Source: the human T2T-CHM13v2.0 reference genome, Homo sapiens
Length of the DNA stretch: 64,000 nucleotides
Assembly: GCF_009914755.1 (NCBI RefSeq)
Contig: NC_060936.1
Reading direction: 5' to 3' (one strand)
Part shown: piece after piece, positions 14,813 to 27,529 of the stretch
How positions within the stretch are numbered: the first letter of the stretch is position 1
How the letters are laid out: each line of letters opens with the position of its first letter
Position numbers and translations under genes: made by a program
Notes under the pieces: model-generated
Database searches by the model: none
What the model saw: only the letters and a program-made list of their open reading frames with translations
What the model was told of the DNA's origin: nothing

Positions 14813-17800
14813 AGGAGACTTCTGGCTCCAAAATGATGGCATAAAAGTAAGTTGGCTTTAATGTCCCCCACAGAAAACAACAACAAAATATTAGTGCTGT
14901 GATTATCCCCAGCAATATCCTAGAATTCAAATATGAGAAGAAGACAATTCCTGGAGCCACAGGAAAGTGAAAAACCAACAAAAAACTCCATACAGATAAT
15001 AAGAGAATTAGACTTCCATATCCATGAGGACTCTCCCTGCAATCTTTCCGGTACCCAAGGGCATGGAAACATCATTTCTATACTGGAAAAAGTGAGATCA
15101 AGATGGATAACCAGCTTCCCCACCAGCTTGAGTTTCCTGGCAGGAAACTTGCCCCTGCCTTAACACTTGGGAAGCATCGGGGTGCCTGAACGAGGACAGG
15201 CAGAGACAAAGTGGGGAGGCAGGACTACCATCCCCAATACCAGAAACTGTGCTCTGTTACTTGGCCAAAGGAGATGTCAACTTAGAGTGGCTGTCGAGCA
15301 GCATCATGGTATAGGAGGTTTGTTGCACAGGTCCCCTGGGCTGGAACACCTCGTCAGTCTTCCCACACTACTGGGATATCCCCTTTGGAAGCACCCTCAT
15401 TTGGTATGAGTGGCACTCTAATTGTTTACTAGAACCAAGGCAAACCTGGGTTAAGGCACCATGTAGTCATAACAAGGAGGCCGAAACCTAGCTGCCGCCC
15501 CCCACCCCCAAAAAAATCGACAGGTAAATTACAAGGAATATTTAAACAAACATATTCAATGTAAACCAAAACAAGCCATATAAAATCCTTCAACACAAAG
15601 ACATAGATGCATATCCATAAGAAACAACAGCAAACAGGGAACTGCGATACCCCTAAATGGACAAAGTCGGAATCAGAGACAGATCTTAATGAAATGGCAA
15701 TATGTGAGCACTTGTACCAAGAATTCAAAATAGTAGTTTTAAGAAAACTCACTGGTCTCTAAAATAACACAAAAAACAATTCAGAAATATATCAGAGGAA
15801 TTTAACAAAGGGATTGAAATAATTTTTAAAAATCAAAAAGTGATATTGGAACTGAAAAATACATTTGCTGAACCGAAAATTTTATTAGCGGCTCTCAAAA
15901 GAGAATGGATCAAGAAGAAGAAATAATCGGTGAGCATGAGGATGGGCTTTTGAAAATACACAAGGAAAGGAGAAAAAAAGAATAAAAAGGAAGGAAGAAT
16001 GCCAACATCTTGTAGAAAATTACTGCAAAAGACCATATCTAAGAATTATTGGTGTTTAAGAGAGAGTCAAACCAGAGCAAGAGGTAGAAAGCTTATTCAA
16101 AGAAATAATAACAGAAAGTATTACAAAGCTTGAGAAAGAGATAAAGATTCAGGCAGATAAAGGTCAGAGAACACCAAACAGATTCCGACCCCAACAAGAC
16201 TACCCCTAGGCATAGAATAATCAAACTCTCAAAGGTCAAGGAAAAAGAGAGGATCCTAAAATCAGCAAGAGAAGAGAAGCAAATAATATTTAAAGGAGCT
16301 CCAATTTATCTGATGATAGACGTCTCAGTGGAAACCATACAGACCAAGAGAAAAGTGATGACATTTTTTAAGTGCTGAAAAAAAAAAAAAAACCCTGCCA
16401 TCTAAGAATACCATATCCTGCAAAGCTGACCTTCAAATATGAAGAAGAGACAATGTTTCCCAGACAAACAAAAACTGAGAGAATTCACCACCACCAGACA
16501 TATCTTATAAGAAATGCTAAAGGGAGTTCTTCAACCAAAAAGAAAAAAACACACGAACAGAAAACAGCTGAATATCTAAAATACACTGATAAAATTAAGT
16601 GTATGCACAAACCCAGAATACTCTAATACTGTAATTGTGGTGCACAATCTTCTCATATCCCTAGTAATGAAGACTGGAAGATAAATCTATCAAGAACAAT
16701 GATAACTGCAGAAACCAGTTAAGAGGTAAGCAATAAAAATATGTGAATTGGGAAAACTAAATTAAAAATGTGTGAGGGTGGAGTAAAAGTGTTTTTTTCC
16801 TTTGTTGCTATTCTTTGTGATATAAGTTGTTATCTCTTTAAAATAACTTGTTATATCTATAAGATTTTTTATAAGCCTCATAGTAATCACAATGCAAAAC
16901 CTATAGTAGAGTCATTAAAAATAAAAAGCAACTAATTAATATATACCACCAGAGAAAATTATATAACCCCAAAGAATGACAGTAAGAAAAGAAAAAAGAG
17001 AGAAATTTAAAAACAACCATAAAACAAGCAACAAAACAGCCCCAGAAAATCCTTACTTAACAATAATAACATGGAATTTAAATGAACTCAACTCTCCAAT
17101 TAAAAGACATAAAGTGCAGGCCGGGTGCAGTGGCTCACGCCTGTAATCCCAGAATTTTGGGAGGCCAAGGCAGGCAGATCATTTGAGGTCAGGAGCTCAA
17201 GACTAGCCTGTCCAACATAACGAAACCACATTTCTACTAAAAATACAAAACTTAGCTTGGTGTGGTGGTGTATGCCTGTGATCCTGGCTACTCAGGAGGC
17301 TGAGGCAGGAGAGTCGCTTGAATCCAGGAGTTGGAGGCTGCAGTGATCTGAGATCATGCCACTCCACTCCAGCCTGGGCAATAAAGCAAGACTCTCTCAA
17401 AAAAAAAAAAAAAAAGCATAAAGTTAAAGTGGCTGACTTGGTAAAGAGAAAACCCTAACTGTATGCAGCCTACAGGAAATCTGCTTCACCTATAAAGACA
17501 CACAGAGAATGAAAGTGAAGGGGATGAACAAAGATATTCCATGCAAATAGAAACCAAAAAAGCCGGAGCAGCTATACTTATATCAGATAAAATAGATTAC
17601 AAAACTTTAAAAGACTACTTTAAAAAGAGACAAAGGTTACTATATAATGCTAAAGAGGTCAATTCAGCAAGAGGATATGACAGTTCTAAAAATCTATGGA
17701 CCCAACACCAGATCTCCCAAGTATATAAAGCAAACATTCATTGATCTAAAGGGAGAGATAGACTGCAATGCAATAATATTGGGGGACTTTAACTCCTCAC

Positions 17801-18365
17801 CCTGAGTAATGGACAGATAATCTAAACAGGAAATCAACAAGGAATATTGGAGTTATACTGCACACTTTACCAAATATATCCAACTGACACGTACAGAAGC
17901 ACTGCTGCAGAATACTCATTATTTTTATCAGTACATGGAGCATTCTCCAGAATAGACCACATTGTAGGCCAAAAAACAAGTCTCAATAAATTAAAAAAAG
18001 TAGAAATCTAATCAAGTATCTTTTCTGACCACAATGGGATGAAACTAGAAGTCAATAACTTGAGAAACCTCAGAAACTGCACAAACATGAAAATTAAATA
18101 ATGTGCTCCTTAATGACCAAAGAGTCAATGTTGAAATTAAGAAAATTTTAAAAATTTCTTGAAACAAATGAAAATGGAAGCACAATAAACTAAAATCTGT
18201 GGAATGCAGAAAAGCAGTACAAAGAAGGAAGTTTATAGTAATAAATGCCTTTAAAAAAAGGTAAAAAGACTTCAGATAAATAACCTAATGATGAACTTAA
18301 AGGATTTGTAAGAGCAAGAACAAACCAAACCCCAAATTAGTAGAAAAAAGAAGTGTTAAAAAATC
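14813..18365 (+). mobile_element. L1M/L1MA-era LINE-1 5'UTR, ORF1 and start of ORF2 (3'-truncated) in CLEC2B intron 1
   Basis: ORF1 remnant (LRIPYPAKLTFKYE, ORF 16372..16626) and endonuclease remnant (KKAGAAILISDKIDYK, ORF 17541..17744). Confidence 0.85.
17119..17415 (+). mobile_element. AluS inserted in L1
   Basis: ggccgggtgcagtggctcacgcctgtaatcc...poly-A. Confidence 0.93.
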
Positions 18366-19780
18366 AAGCTCTTTCTGATGAGGTTTCTTATCTTTCATAT
18401 ATAACCTTATTAATATCATGAATTATTTATTAATTTTCTTTAAACCTCAGGTATCGAAAAGACAGGAAGTTTTTTCTCTGTTTTCAATGCCATGAATCAA
18501 GTAAATATGTCAGTATGTCATTCCGTTTTTCTCCCCATGAATTGGCATAATGTAAAAATATAGATGTTAGAGATATCATGATTTCAAAATCTTGATCAAA
18601 CCTTTGTGGCATGTAATTGTATTTTCTTACCCCCATTTGATCCTATACTCTTCATCCATTAACTAGTGCCACTTCTATTTTTTTTAAAGAGCATATGTGT
18701 GTTGTGTTTTTAGAAAGTATAGTTACAACAGGAAGTAAATAAAAGGTAACTTTTGCTATTATTTTTTTCTTGTGTTATAGTTGTCCTGTTTTTAAATATT
18801 TTAATTATTTTGTGTGTGTTAAGAGTGTAAAGATTATTTACATTTGCAGCAAGTGGAAGTATTTTTTGAGTCAATTTCATATCTGTTATTTGAAGGAGGT
18901 AGTCAGACCATTTTGATATTCTTTCTTCCAGAATGACTGTTGAAAAGAAAACCCTAAGCTGCTTAAATCAATGGCCTTTTCAATTAAAAAAAAATCTAGC
19001 TTATTGAAGTAATGTTTCTGAAAATTGTGAAGGGATTTTAAAAAGAGGAAATAACTTCGAGCTAACAGGTAGAGAGAAGGGCAATGCACATCCTGACAAT
19101 ATGAGAAATGACAATTTGCAGATACAGCGGAAAATAGGAGCCCTTTCCATTGCAAAGTTGGCAAGGTATTAGAGTATAAGGACTTGGTGGTGTATACAGA
19201 GTTGGTAGATTTTACGTACAGATGACCCCAGCTTCAAAAAAGATGATCGTACTTTAAATGTGGCAAAGAAACAGTGTGGCTTTTGTTATGAGTTCAGCAC
19301 AAAATAGCAGAGCTAGACCCGAAGAGGTCATTTATATTGGAACATGGTCTTCTCAGGTGTAATCAGTGGAAACTGATGAATGGAGACCATTATAACACTT
19401 TGGTGTCTTATACAACCTGGGAAACTTCATATAACCTTGGAAGAAATCTCTCACTCTCAATACCACCAAATGACAGAAAGTAAGTAAACTGTCCTGTCCA
19501 TTCAGTGGGATGGAGACTTGAAGTAACATTTAATTTTATTTAAATAACTAATGAATTCAACATTTATTGCATGTCTGAATATGTAGGTACAAATTTAAAC
19601 CTATTATGTGTTCATTCTCTACTTAATCTATATCGTGAACCCTGAAATCTAGCTTTTTACACTCAGCATAAGTTGTTTTCAGTTGTTTTTAATTTCCCAG
19701 AATCTTTTCATTGTTACTGAATTCTCAATACTTATTTAGGAGGCTGTAATTATTTACATGAGTTATCAGAAAAATTAGTG

Positions 19781-19820
19781 GCATTGGTAGAATGTGGTTA
19801 GCATAGCTGCCTTTCAAACA
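19781..19820 (+). pseudogene. 5'-half tRNA-Gly(TCC)-derived retrocopy (tailless type)
   Basis: gcattggtagaatgtggttagcatagctgcctttcaaaca versus recalled tRNA-Gly-TCC GCGTTGGTGGTATAGTGGTTAGCATAGCTGCCTTCCAAGCA; 20-nt exact core; flanked by aaaaattagtg / aaaaattgtg. Confidence 0.75.
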
Positions 19821-21417
19821 AATTAAAAAATTGTGATCTCCCACGATGAAGCTGATATCGAAACATGAATTTCAAAGTTGCTGAGCCTTCTTAACGTTTG
19901 ATGAGGCTATGCTTAAAAGGACACTTCCCCAGACAGTTCGAGAACAATGGATTTAATTAACAGTGTAACTAAAATAGTTCTATATTTAAATGTATAATCT
20001 AAACAGTTAAGGACTGCAATTGTTTTCCCCATAGAAAAGTTTCAGTGACTCAACTGTTTTCTGTTTGATTCTGCTCTCTAAGGAAAGATAAGAAAGATGC
20101 AGAGTGACCAATGCATTTAAAATCAAACAGAATATTATTTTTCTTGGCTAATAGCTATAGAAAAAAATCATAAAATACTGATAAGCAGAGCAAATAAAAT
20201 ATTTGTTAAAATGTATATAAAAACTGACTGAATTATATCACACTGCCCTAAATTACCGCTATTAAAACGATGTTCATAATTTCAGATATATATGTATCTA
20301 TAATATATACAATATTATACTGAATATATTATTCAGTAACTTTTAAAATATATTCATATGTAATATGATATATAATATTGTATTATATAATGTATTTATA
20401 TACAAATGTATAAATTTATACAATTGATTGAAAGTAGAAAATAACACTGGTTTTACTAGTGGCTGGAAGGCCTTCTTAAAACTTTTGATTAAAATGATAT
20501 TTTATGCTACCATCAAATATTGATCTCATTCCCCGCAAACCTGTTTTATCTAACTTTAGGCAGAATTATAAAACCGGTTAAAATACGGGAGGAAGGATAA
20601 AGTGTGCATTCTATTGTACCACAGCAATAATTTTTTTGACCGTAGCATACGCTGGTAGGTTGACATTTAGTTAAACGGGAAATGCTTAAAGCTCATCACA
20701 GTCCCTAAATCTCTAAATCATAGATCGTTGTATTGAATGCATTTAGTTTCAGCCTTTTCTCTTTCAAATATTTTGACATAAATAAACCCTGTTGAAATCT
20801 CAAAGATGTAGCTTGGATCTTATATATTCCGAACTTGCTATTTAATAAATCCAATGTTACCAGGTTGTTTCATAGTGTATTTTTTAGAACATTTTCTTTC
20901 CTTATCCTTCTTAGGGTTGGTAAAGACATCTCCATGGATATCGGAGTACTAGCAATTCCTTAGTAAGAGTAGGAAAGGGATATATTCTTTCCGTTAAGTA
21001 CTCCTAAAGCCCGGAGTATCTTTACACCATCCAATAAAGCAATCTTTAAAAATATTAGAACTATTGGCTAAATTTTTCATATTATGTATGCATTCTGAGA
21101 ACTGTATGAGTATCTGGATCATATCTATCATCTTCTCAAGTATTTGTTTTATAAAATACTTAGTAAAAATGAAACTAAATCTTGAGCAGTTTTAAGTCAT
21201 GGTTAATCCTTCTCCATTGTAATTCAAATAATGTAAAGTAAGTCTGAATTTATTAGGACAAAACAGTCATATGCAAATCTCAATCTTGTTATAAGAAGGA
21301 ATTTTCTAGTTTCACAAAAGAAACCACAAAATTTAATTCTTTTCTCGAAGGCTTTAACATTCTGCATCACAATTTCAATAAATAACGGTCATTCTAAACA
21401 AACAAAAATGTTCTTAC

Positions 21418-21560
21418 CGTGCTTCTTTTAATCAGCGTTTTGATTTTCTGCTAGCAGCTTTGTGTCATGTCTTGCAGAAACTCTCTTCAAAGTTGTAACT
21501 TTATTTAACTTTAATATAAAAATGTTACTCTTGTTTTTACAGCACAGCTCCAAACTAGAG
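21418..21560 (-). other. CLEC2B: CLEC2B exon 1 (5'UTR); 5' end approximate, a longer form may reach about 22080
   Basis: Donor ACG|gtaag at 21418/21417; joining to exon 2 gives ...AAGCACG-GTATGATGACC as in the recalled AICL mRNA. Confidence 0.8.
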
Positions 21561-21584
21561 GTATACCACTTTTGAAGAGTAACT

Positions 21585-21780
21585 CAAAGTATAAATAGCA
21601 TTTTGCAAACTGGAAGTAACCATGTGACTATCTATTAGTCATACTGTTGTTTATTACAATTTTCTTCTCGTCAAAAAAGAAAGCTTGCCAAGGAGGAAGG
21701 AAGTTTGTGATATAACAATTTAAAGCTGAAGAATAAACACATATTTTCTTACTTTCTCAACTGGGATTCTCATCTGAACC
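21585..21780 (-). promoter_or_regulatory. CLEC2B proximal promoter: TATA-like TATTTATA (21597-21590) and ETS cores GGAAGT (21612-21617, 21699-21704)
   Basis: Motifs seen directly in unique sequence just upstream of exon 1; function inferred. Confidence 0.5.
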
Positions 21781-22062
21781 ACAGAACACGAAATTGCTCA
21801 AGTGGCTGTTTTTCTGATTCATCCAGGAGTGGTACTTAACCACGTATCCTTCCAGAACTGTAGGAGAGGCTGATACTAATTAATTCAACAGCATTCTTTA
21901 GGACATTACTGCTTTCTTATCCTGTGTTAAGAAAGATCACCTTAAAAGCGATAGAATCAAAGAAAAAGCAATGGTTTAAACTTTGGCTACTGAAAGAAAA
22001 ACAAAAACTATTATCTCTCTCTCAAAGACAAATGCGTGCAAAGTCACACGTGTGGGTGTGAG

Positions 22063-22100
22063 CACACACACACACACACAAACACACACAAAGACACACA
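22063..22100. repeat. (CA)n microsatellite upstream of CLEC2B
   Basis: cacacacacacacacaca... Confidence 0.85.
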
Positions 22101-22669
22101 GAGGGAAAAAAGAAAACGAAAGTAACAAAGTGCCCAGAACGTTATCATCAGCATACAAGATGACACCATTATGCTTTTGCTAAGTTACCAGGCCACAATT
22201 TTGTCTTCAAATCTGCTCTAATCAGTTTCCCAGTGATTTTGTATTACCCCTCAACAAATATATTAGGGAGGAAACTGAGGAGAAGAAGCCAGTGTCCCGC
22301 AAGCGGCTTCGGGATTAACACTGCATTTGTTCTGAGAGAGAAACTTGAAGAGGAAAAGCAAATGAGAATAGAGAAGAAACTGTAGTACAAAGGAATTAAA
22401 ACAAAGAAAATATGAAGAGAATAAGAAATACAGGTTTAATCATTTCTGGGCAGAAGGAAAGGACAGATAACAAAATTGCTCTTTTCATTTTTGGACAGAA
22501 AAAAAAGACAGAAAATTCATGAGGAAATGAATATATTCTACCTTTGTTGTTAACAAAAGATTGTATCCAAAGAACTATTAGAAAAGCATGTATAGAAAAA
22601 TATAGAGATTACTCAAGTATGGTTGAGTGAAATTTAGTTTTGTTCCAAAAAGGAAAACAGTCAAGATAC

Positions 22670-23600
22670 AACAGTTAAGATATAAAACATTTTCAACACA
22701 GGGAAATGTTCCCCGCTGTTGCTTTGCAGTTCATCCTCACCCCTGAAGCCAGGCAGCAGCCAACTTACTGTCAATAAACATGAGCTTTGCTGGTTTTAGA
22801 AATTCCTGTTAAGCAGAATGATACAGTTGGCAATTCTTGTAAGTCTGATGTCTTTCACTGAGCATAATGTTTTTGAGTTTTATCCATGTTTTTGCACAGA
22901 TCAGCAGTTAATTTCTTTTTATTACTGAGTAGTATTTCATTGTACAGACATAAAATATTTTTATCTATTTTATAATAAAATGTATCCATTATGACATTGA
23001 GCTTTTTCCACTTCTTGGATATCATAAGGTCAAAATAAACATTTATGCAAAAGTTTTTCTATTGACACGTTTTTTAATCTTTTGAAGAAATACCTGGATG
23101 TGAAACTGCTAGGTTACATAGAAAATGTATGTTTTATTTTATAAATGTATTTTTTTCCAAAAAGTTGTGCCATTCCCAACATGAATATTGGATGGTTCTA
23201 TTTGCTCCACATAAATAGCAATATTAGATATGCCCAATCTTTTTCAATTTAACCATTCTAGTAGGCGTGTAGTAGAATCTAAATGTGATTTTAATTTGTA
23301 CATCTCTGATGTTATATTGAGCATTTACTCACGTGCGTATTGGTAACTCATATATCTTTTTTCAATGACCTATTTAAATATTTTTCCCATTTTTATGGAT
23401 TTATTTGTTTCCTTATGGTGATTTTTAAGATTTTATATATATGTAAATATATATGTAGAGAAACATACACATAAAAATGTGTATATAAATAAGTAAAATG
23501 GGTTGCAACATAATATAGAAAAATTCCATTTTTAGATAAATGTATTAAAAATACTTTCCATCATTTGTATAGTGACTTTTCACAATTTTTTTTCTCAAAA
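22670..23600 (-). mobile_element. Old L1M 3' region fragment
   Basis: tttcactgagcataatgtttttgagttttatccatg...attactgagtagtatttcattgta is typical antisense L1M 3'UTR/ORF2 end. Confidence 0.7.
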
Positions 23601-24544
23601 ATTTTAAAAATCTAGAAGCTTCTAAACGTTGGACTCTCTAATCCTAACAAAGTTACATGTTCTCCCTTGTCGAGGTCATGCCTTTTTCCTTAAAGAAAAT
23701 ATTGTGCCCTTCACACCCTCCTTACAGGAATCCCTCCCTTACTTGCCTTTCTTAGTTATTGGTCATAAGGCCAATAACTAAGGTTATGTGCTAAGCTTAT
23801 AAGGGAGAGAAAGGGCTATACTCAGAATGAATTTGGACCTAACCAATATATAATAACAACAGCTTGGAGTGTACACAATGGGATTGGATTCTGAGGGTGC
23901 TAGATCATGAGAGAAACATAAAGCTGGATAAGGGAGATTTTATCAACATTAGGGCATTCAGTTGCAATACAGAATTTAATAACTTGGAAAAATACTGTGA
24001 ACAGTGCTGACATACTGCTGAAATAACTCCAAGAAGATTGGAGAAAGCAATGGCTCACGCTGAGTAGAGTAACATTCCAGAATTCCCATGGCAGGTAGCT
24101 GAAGAAAAGATAAAAATGCTTAGAGAAGTGGGCATGCTACAGTGGATAAACTAGATAAGGACAGGAAACCCACCAACTGACTATGTTCTATGGGATGATA
24201 TAATGGGCACCTTATTTACCAAAGCAGTAAGGAAGGCGCTGGTGGAAGAACTTAAGTCCTACATAAACATCACTGAGAAGCTTAGCATAGTTCTTCTCTA
24301 CATGCCAAAGATTACAGTGGGAGATGTTCCCACAGAACTGAATTCAGAGAGAGTATTGGGACAGGGTTTGAAGTAGGAAACGCCAAGTGTCAGAGTGCCA
24401 CTCTGAAACAAGGTGGGGCCAATTATAGTAATGAGGGTCAAATTGCAATAGCAGCCAGGATTACTGACATATAGAGCCATAGCAATGTCAGATAGAGCTC
24501 AATGTTCACAGAAGTAATATAGAGAGCCAAAAAGGGTGCTTCCC

Positions 24545-25575
24545 CTTCTGTGCTGTCCTTTAACAACTGGTGGAACAGAGAAAAACACACACATAACAAG
24601 CTCTGGTTTGTAACACCAGCTGATTTCCGTGATGTAATTATTCCCACCATTGCTGATTTCAAGGTACCCAGGTGACATCACTGAACACACAGAGTTGGAA
24701 ATAAATATGCAGTAGTACAGCATTACGTATTATTTTCACTATACGGATGTAACAGATGTTAATAATTTCATGCATGGATAATAGCAAAATCTTCTAAAAA
24801 TCATCACAAATTGATGAGTTCTAAGTATTTATTTTATTAGCTTGGCATTAGGGCCACAATGACTCCAAATGTCATGACCCAGGTTAGGTTCCAGCCCATG
24901 CTGAGGTCTGAGGGGAGTGGGTGGATGGGCGATAGCTGAAAGAACACTTGGGGGCCCTAAGCAAGTGAAATGTAGTTTTATTTACCAACAGCGACTCTCT
25001 CACACTGTCTGCCTTTATCTCCGCTGTCTGCTCTGGCTCTGGGACTCCTGCCGCCGCCACGCCTGCAGCAGCATGCCCTGGCCTGCAAGGCCAGCTCTGT
25101 CAGGATTAGCAGCTTAACTCTTTCCCTCTGGGCACAAGCTCGTTCCTGGTTCCCCTCTGCCTGCCTTCAAGGCGACTGGCTCTCCCTTACAAGGGTCAAT
25201 AGTGCTACTCTCTTTCTGGGCACCAGTGCGAGCCATGTCATGCCATGCCACGCCATGCTGAGCCAAGGCAAGCCCAAGAGCGCCTGTACAGCATCAGCAG
25301 GGCAGTTATACCTTTTCCAAACAATAGTGGATTTGAGCCAAGTATGAGCTTACACAAACAGGTTATATAACAAGTGGAGTTATATGCCTGCACTCCAAAC
25401 TCATTAAGTCACTATGGCCTGGATGTCTGCCTCAGCCTACTTCTTGACCAAAGCACATTTATGCACCTTACTGTTGGTGCAAAAGTTACTTTAGATAACA
25501 ATTTTTAAAAATAATGATGTTTAACAATTGGCTCGAGAACCCTTGAAAATTTAACAGTCAGCTGTATACCACTGA
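24545..25575 (+). mobile_element. MER63-like hAT-Blackjack element, split by the LTR18 insertion
   Basis: gatttccgtgatgtaattattcccaccattgctgatttcaagg...gtgacatcactgaac; resumes after 25472 with tgtttaacaattggctc. Confidence 0.6.
24870..25472 (-). mobile_element. Solo LTR18-like element
   Basis: Minus strand starts GTAAGGTGCATAAATGTGCTTTGGTCAAG and ends CCTGGGTCATGACA; internal AATAAA. Confidence 0.75.
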
Positions 25576-25804
25576 CTTTGCTGGACATGTACAACGGGAA
25601 AGAAATCAAGGGTGGATTACTAGTAGGCTAAGGGCAACCATGTACTCAAAACGTATAAATTATTACCCTAATCTAGTTTGGCCCAAGCCAGTTTTCTGAC
25701 AGAGGACCCAATAATGGGAGAACTCATCCTTAAAAAGAAGCCCTCTTCAACACCAAGACTAGAGTAAATGGTAAGTATTTCTCCAGTCCATCCCCAGTGC
25801 GACT

Positions 25805-26186
25805 TATATTAGGCTTCTGAAGCTACCATAATGAAATAACATAGGCTGGGTGGCTTAAACAACAGAAATTTATTTTTCATCATTCTGGAGGCTCAAAGCC
25901 TAAGATCAAGGTGCTAGCCAGGTTAGTGTTCAATGAGGTCTCTCTTCCTGGAGCCGACTACTGCCTTCTCACTGTGTCCTCACATGACATTTTCTCTGTG
26001 TATGTGCAGAGAGGGTATCTTTCCCTCTTTTTATATGTATACCAGTCTTATGAGATTAAGGCCTTACCCTTATGACCTTATTTAACCTTAGGTTCCTCCT
26101 AAAGACACTCTCTTAAAATATAGTCACACTGGGGGTTATGTCTTCAGCATATGTGTTTGGATAGGAGCACAAATCAGTTCACAACA
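25805..26186 (-). mobile_element. MaLR LTR (MLT1A-like)
   Basis: ggctgggtggcttaaacaacagaaatttattt...ttctggaggctc...aagatcaaggtg. Confidence 0.8.
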
Positions 26187-27087
26187 GGATTCATGGCCAT
26201 TTATTTGAATAACTGGGAAAAAATCCAGGACATACATTTCTAGGATTACAGAATGCAGATGTAAGTTGACATTGATTCCCAAGAAAGGATCATGACCCTC
26301 CTGTTAGAGTAGAAGCTTATGGAGTCCCAGTAATAGAGTATTTGCTTATGTCTGGTTCACAGTAGGCCCAAGGACTCACCCAGTAGACATTCTTTGGTCT
26401 TTGAATACATAATGGGACACCACATACTTAAGAATTGGTACAAAGTTCACATTGGTTCCTTGGCCAGCTTGGTATGTACTGCGGTGAGAAAGACCAAGGC
26501 TCCTGAAACTGCTCCCCTCCTCTCCACTGGACATGATAGTCAACCCAAAATAATTCTGCATTATAGAGTGAATGACAAAGGTTATTGCCACCCATAAATA
26601 CCTCAAAGACGCAAGGATGCTGGTATCCATTTATCTCTATTTTATTCACCAGTGCAGCTCTGACAAAACTATATGGATTCTGGATGATGACAATTGATTA
26701 TTGCAAGCTCAATCAAACAATAATTCCAAGTGTAGCTGCTGATTTAAATACGGAATACTTGTTAAAGCAAATTACCCTATGCTCAGGTACAGAAAATATG
26801 GCCATTAATTTGGCAAAAGAATTATTTTTTATCTCTTTTAACAAATGAGTACCAAAAATATTTGGTAGTTATTTAGGGCTGACATGAGTAGACACTTACA
26901 TTCTTGCCCCAGGTCTGTTAACTGTCCCACTGTCTATCATAATATAGTGAAGAGACCTGGACTGCTTGGACAGCCTACAAAATTTAACTCTTGTTCACTG
27001 TGCTAATGACAGTATACAAATTGAACTAGATGAGAAAGAAGGAGCAAGTACATTGGAGACATTGGTAAGATGCATACACTTCAGTGA

Positions 27088-27381
<294 letters not shown>

Positions 27382-27529
27382 CATCAGTGAAATTTTTATG
27401 TTTACATGGGTTTGGTGCACGCCAGGGCATCTCTTTAAAAAAGTAGAGGACACAACGTCTGGTAGTCTTCATTGGATACTGAAGGGCCATTGTTCATACT
27501 TGGAAATAGAGTTCTAACATATATATTGG

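Larger units (their letters stand above)
5514..21560 (-). other. CLEC2B: CLEC2B (AICL) gene span, stop codon to approximate proximal TSS; type II C-type lectin-like ligand of NKp80/KLRF1
   Basis: Four coding exons (73+164+104+109 = 450 nt) join through GT-AG introns into the 149-aa MMTKHKKCFIIVGVLITTNIITLIVKLTRDSQSLCPYDW...RKWICRKRIH*. Confidence 0.97.
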
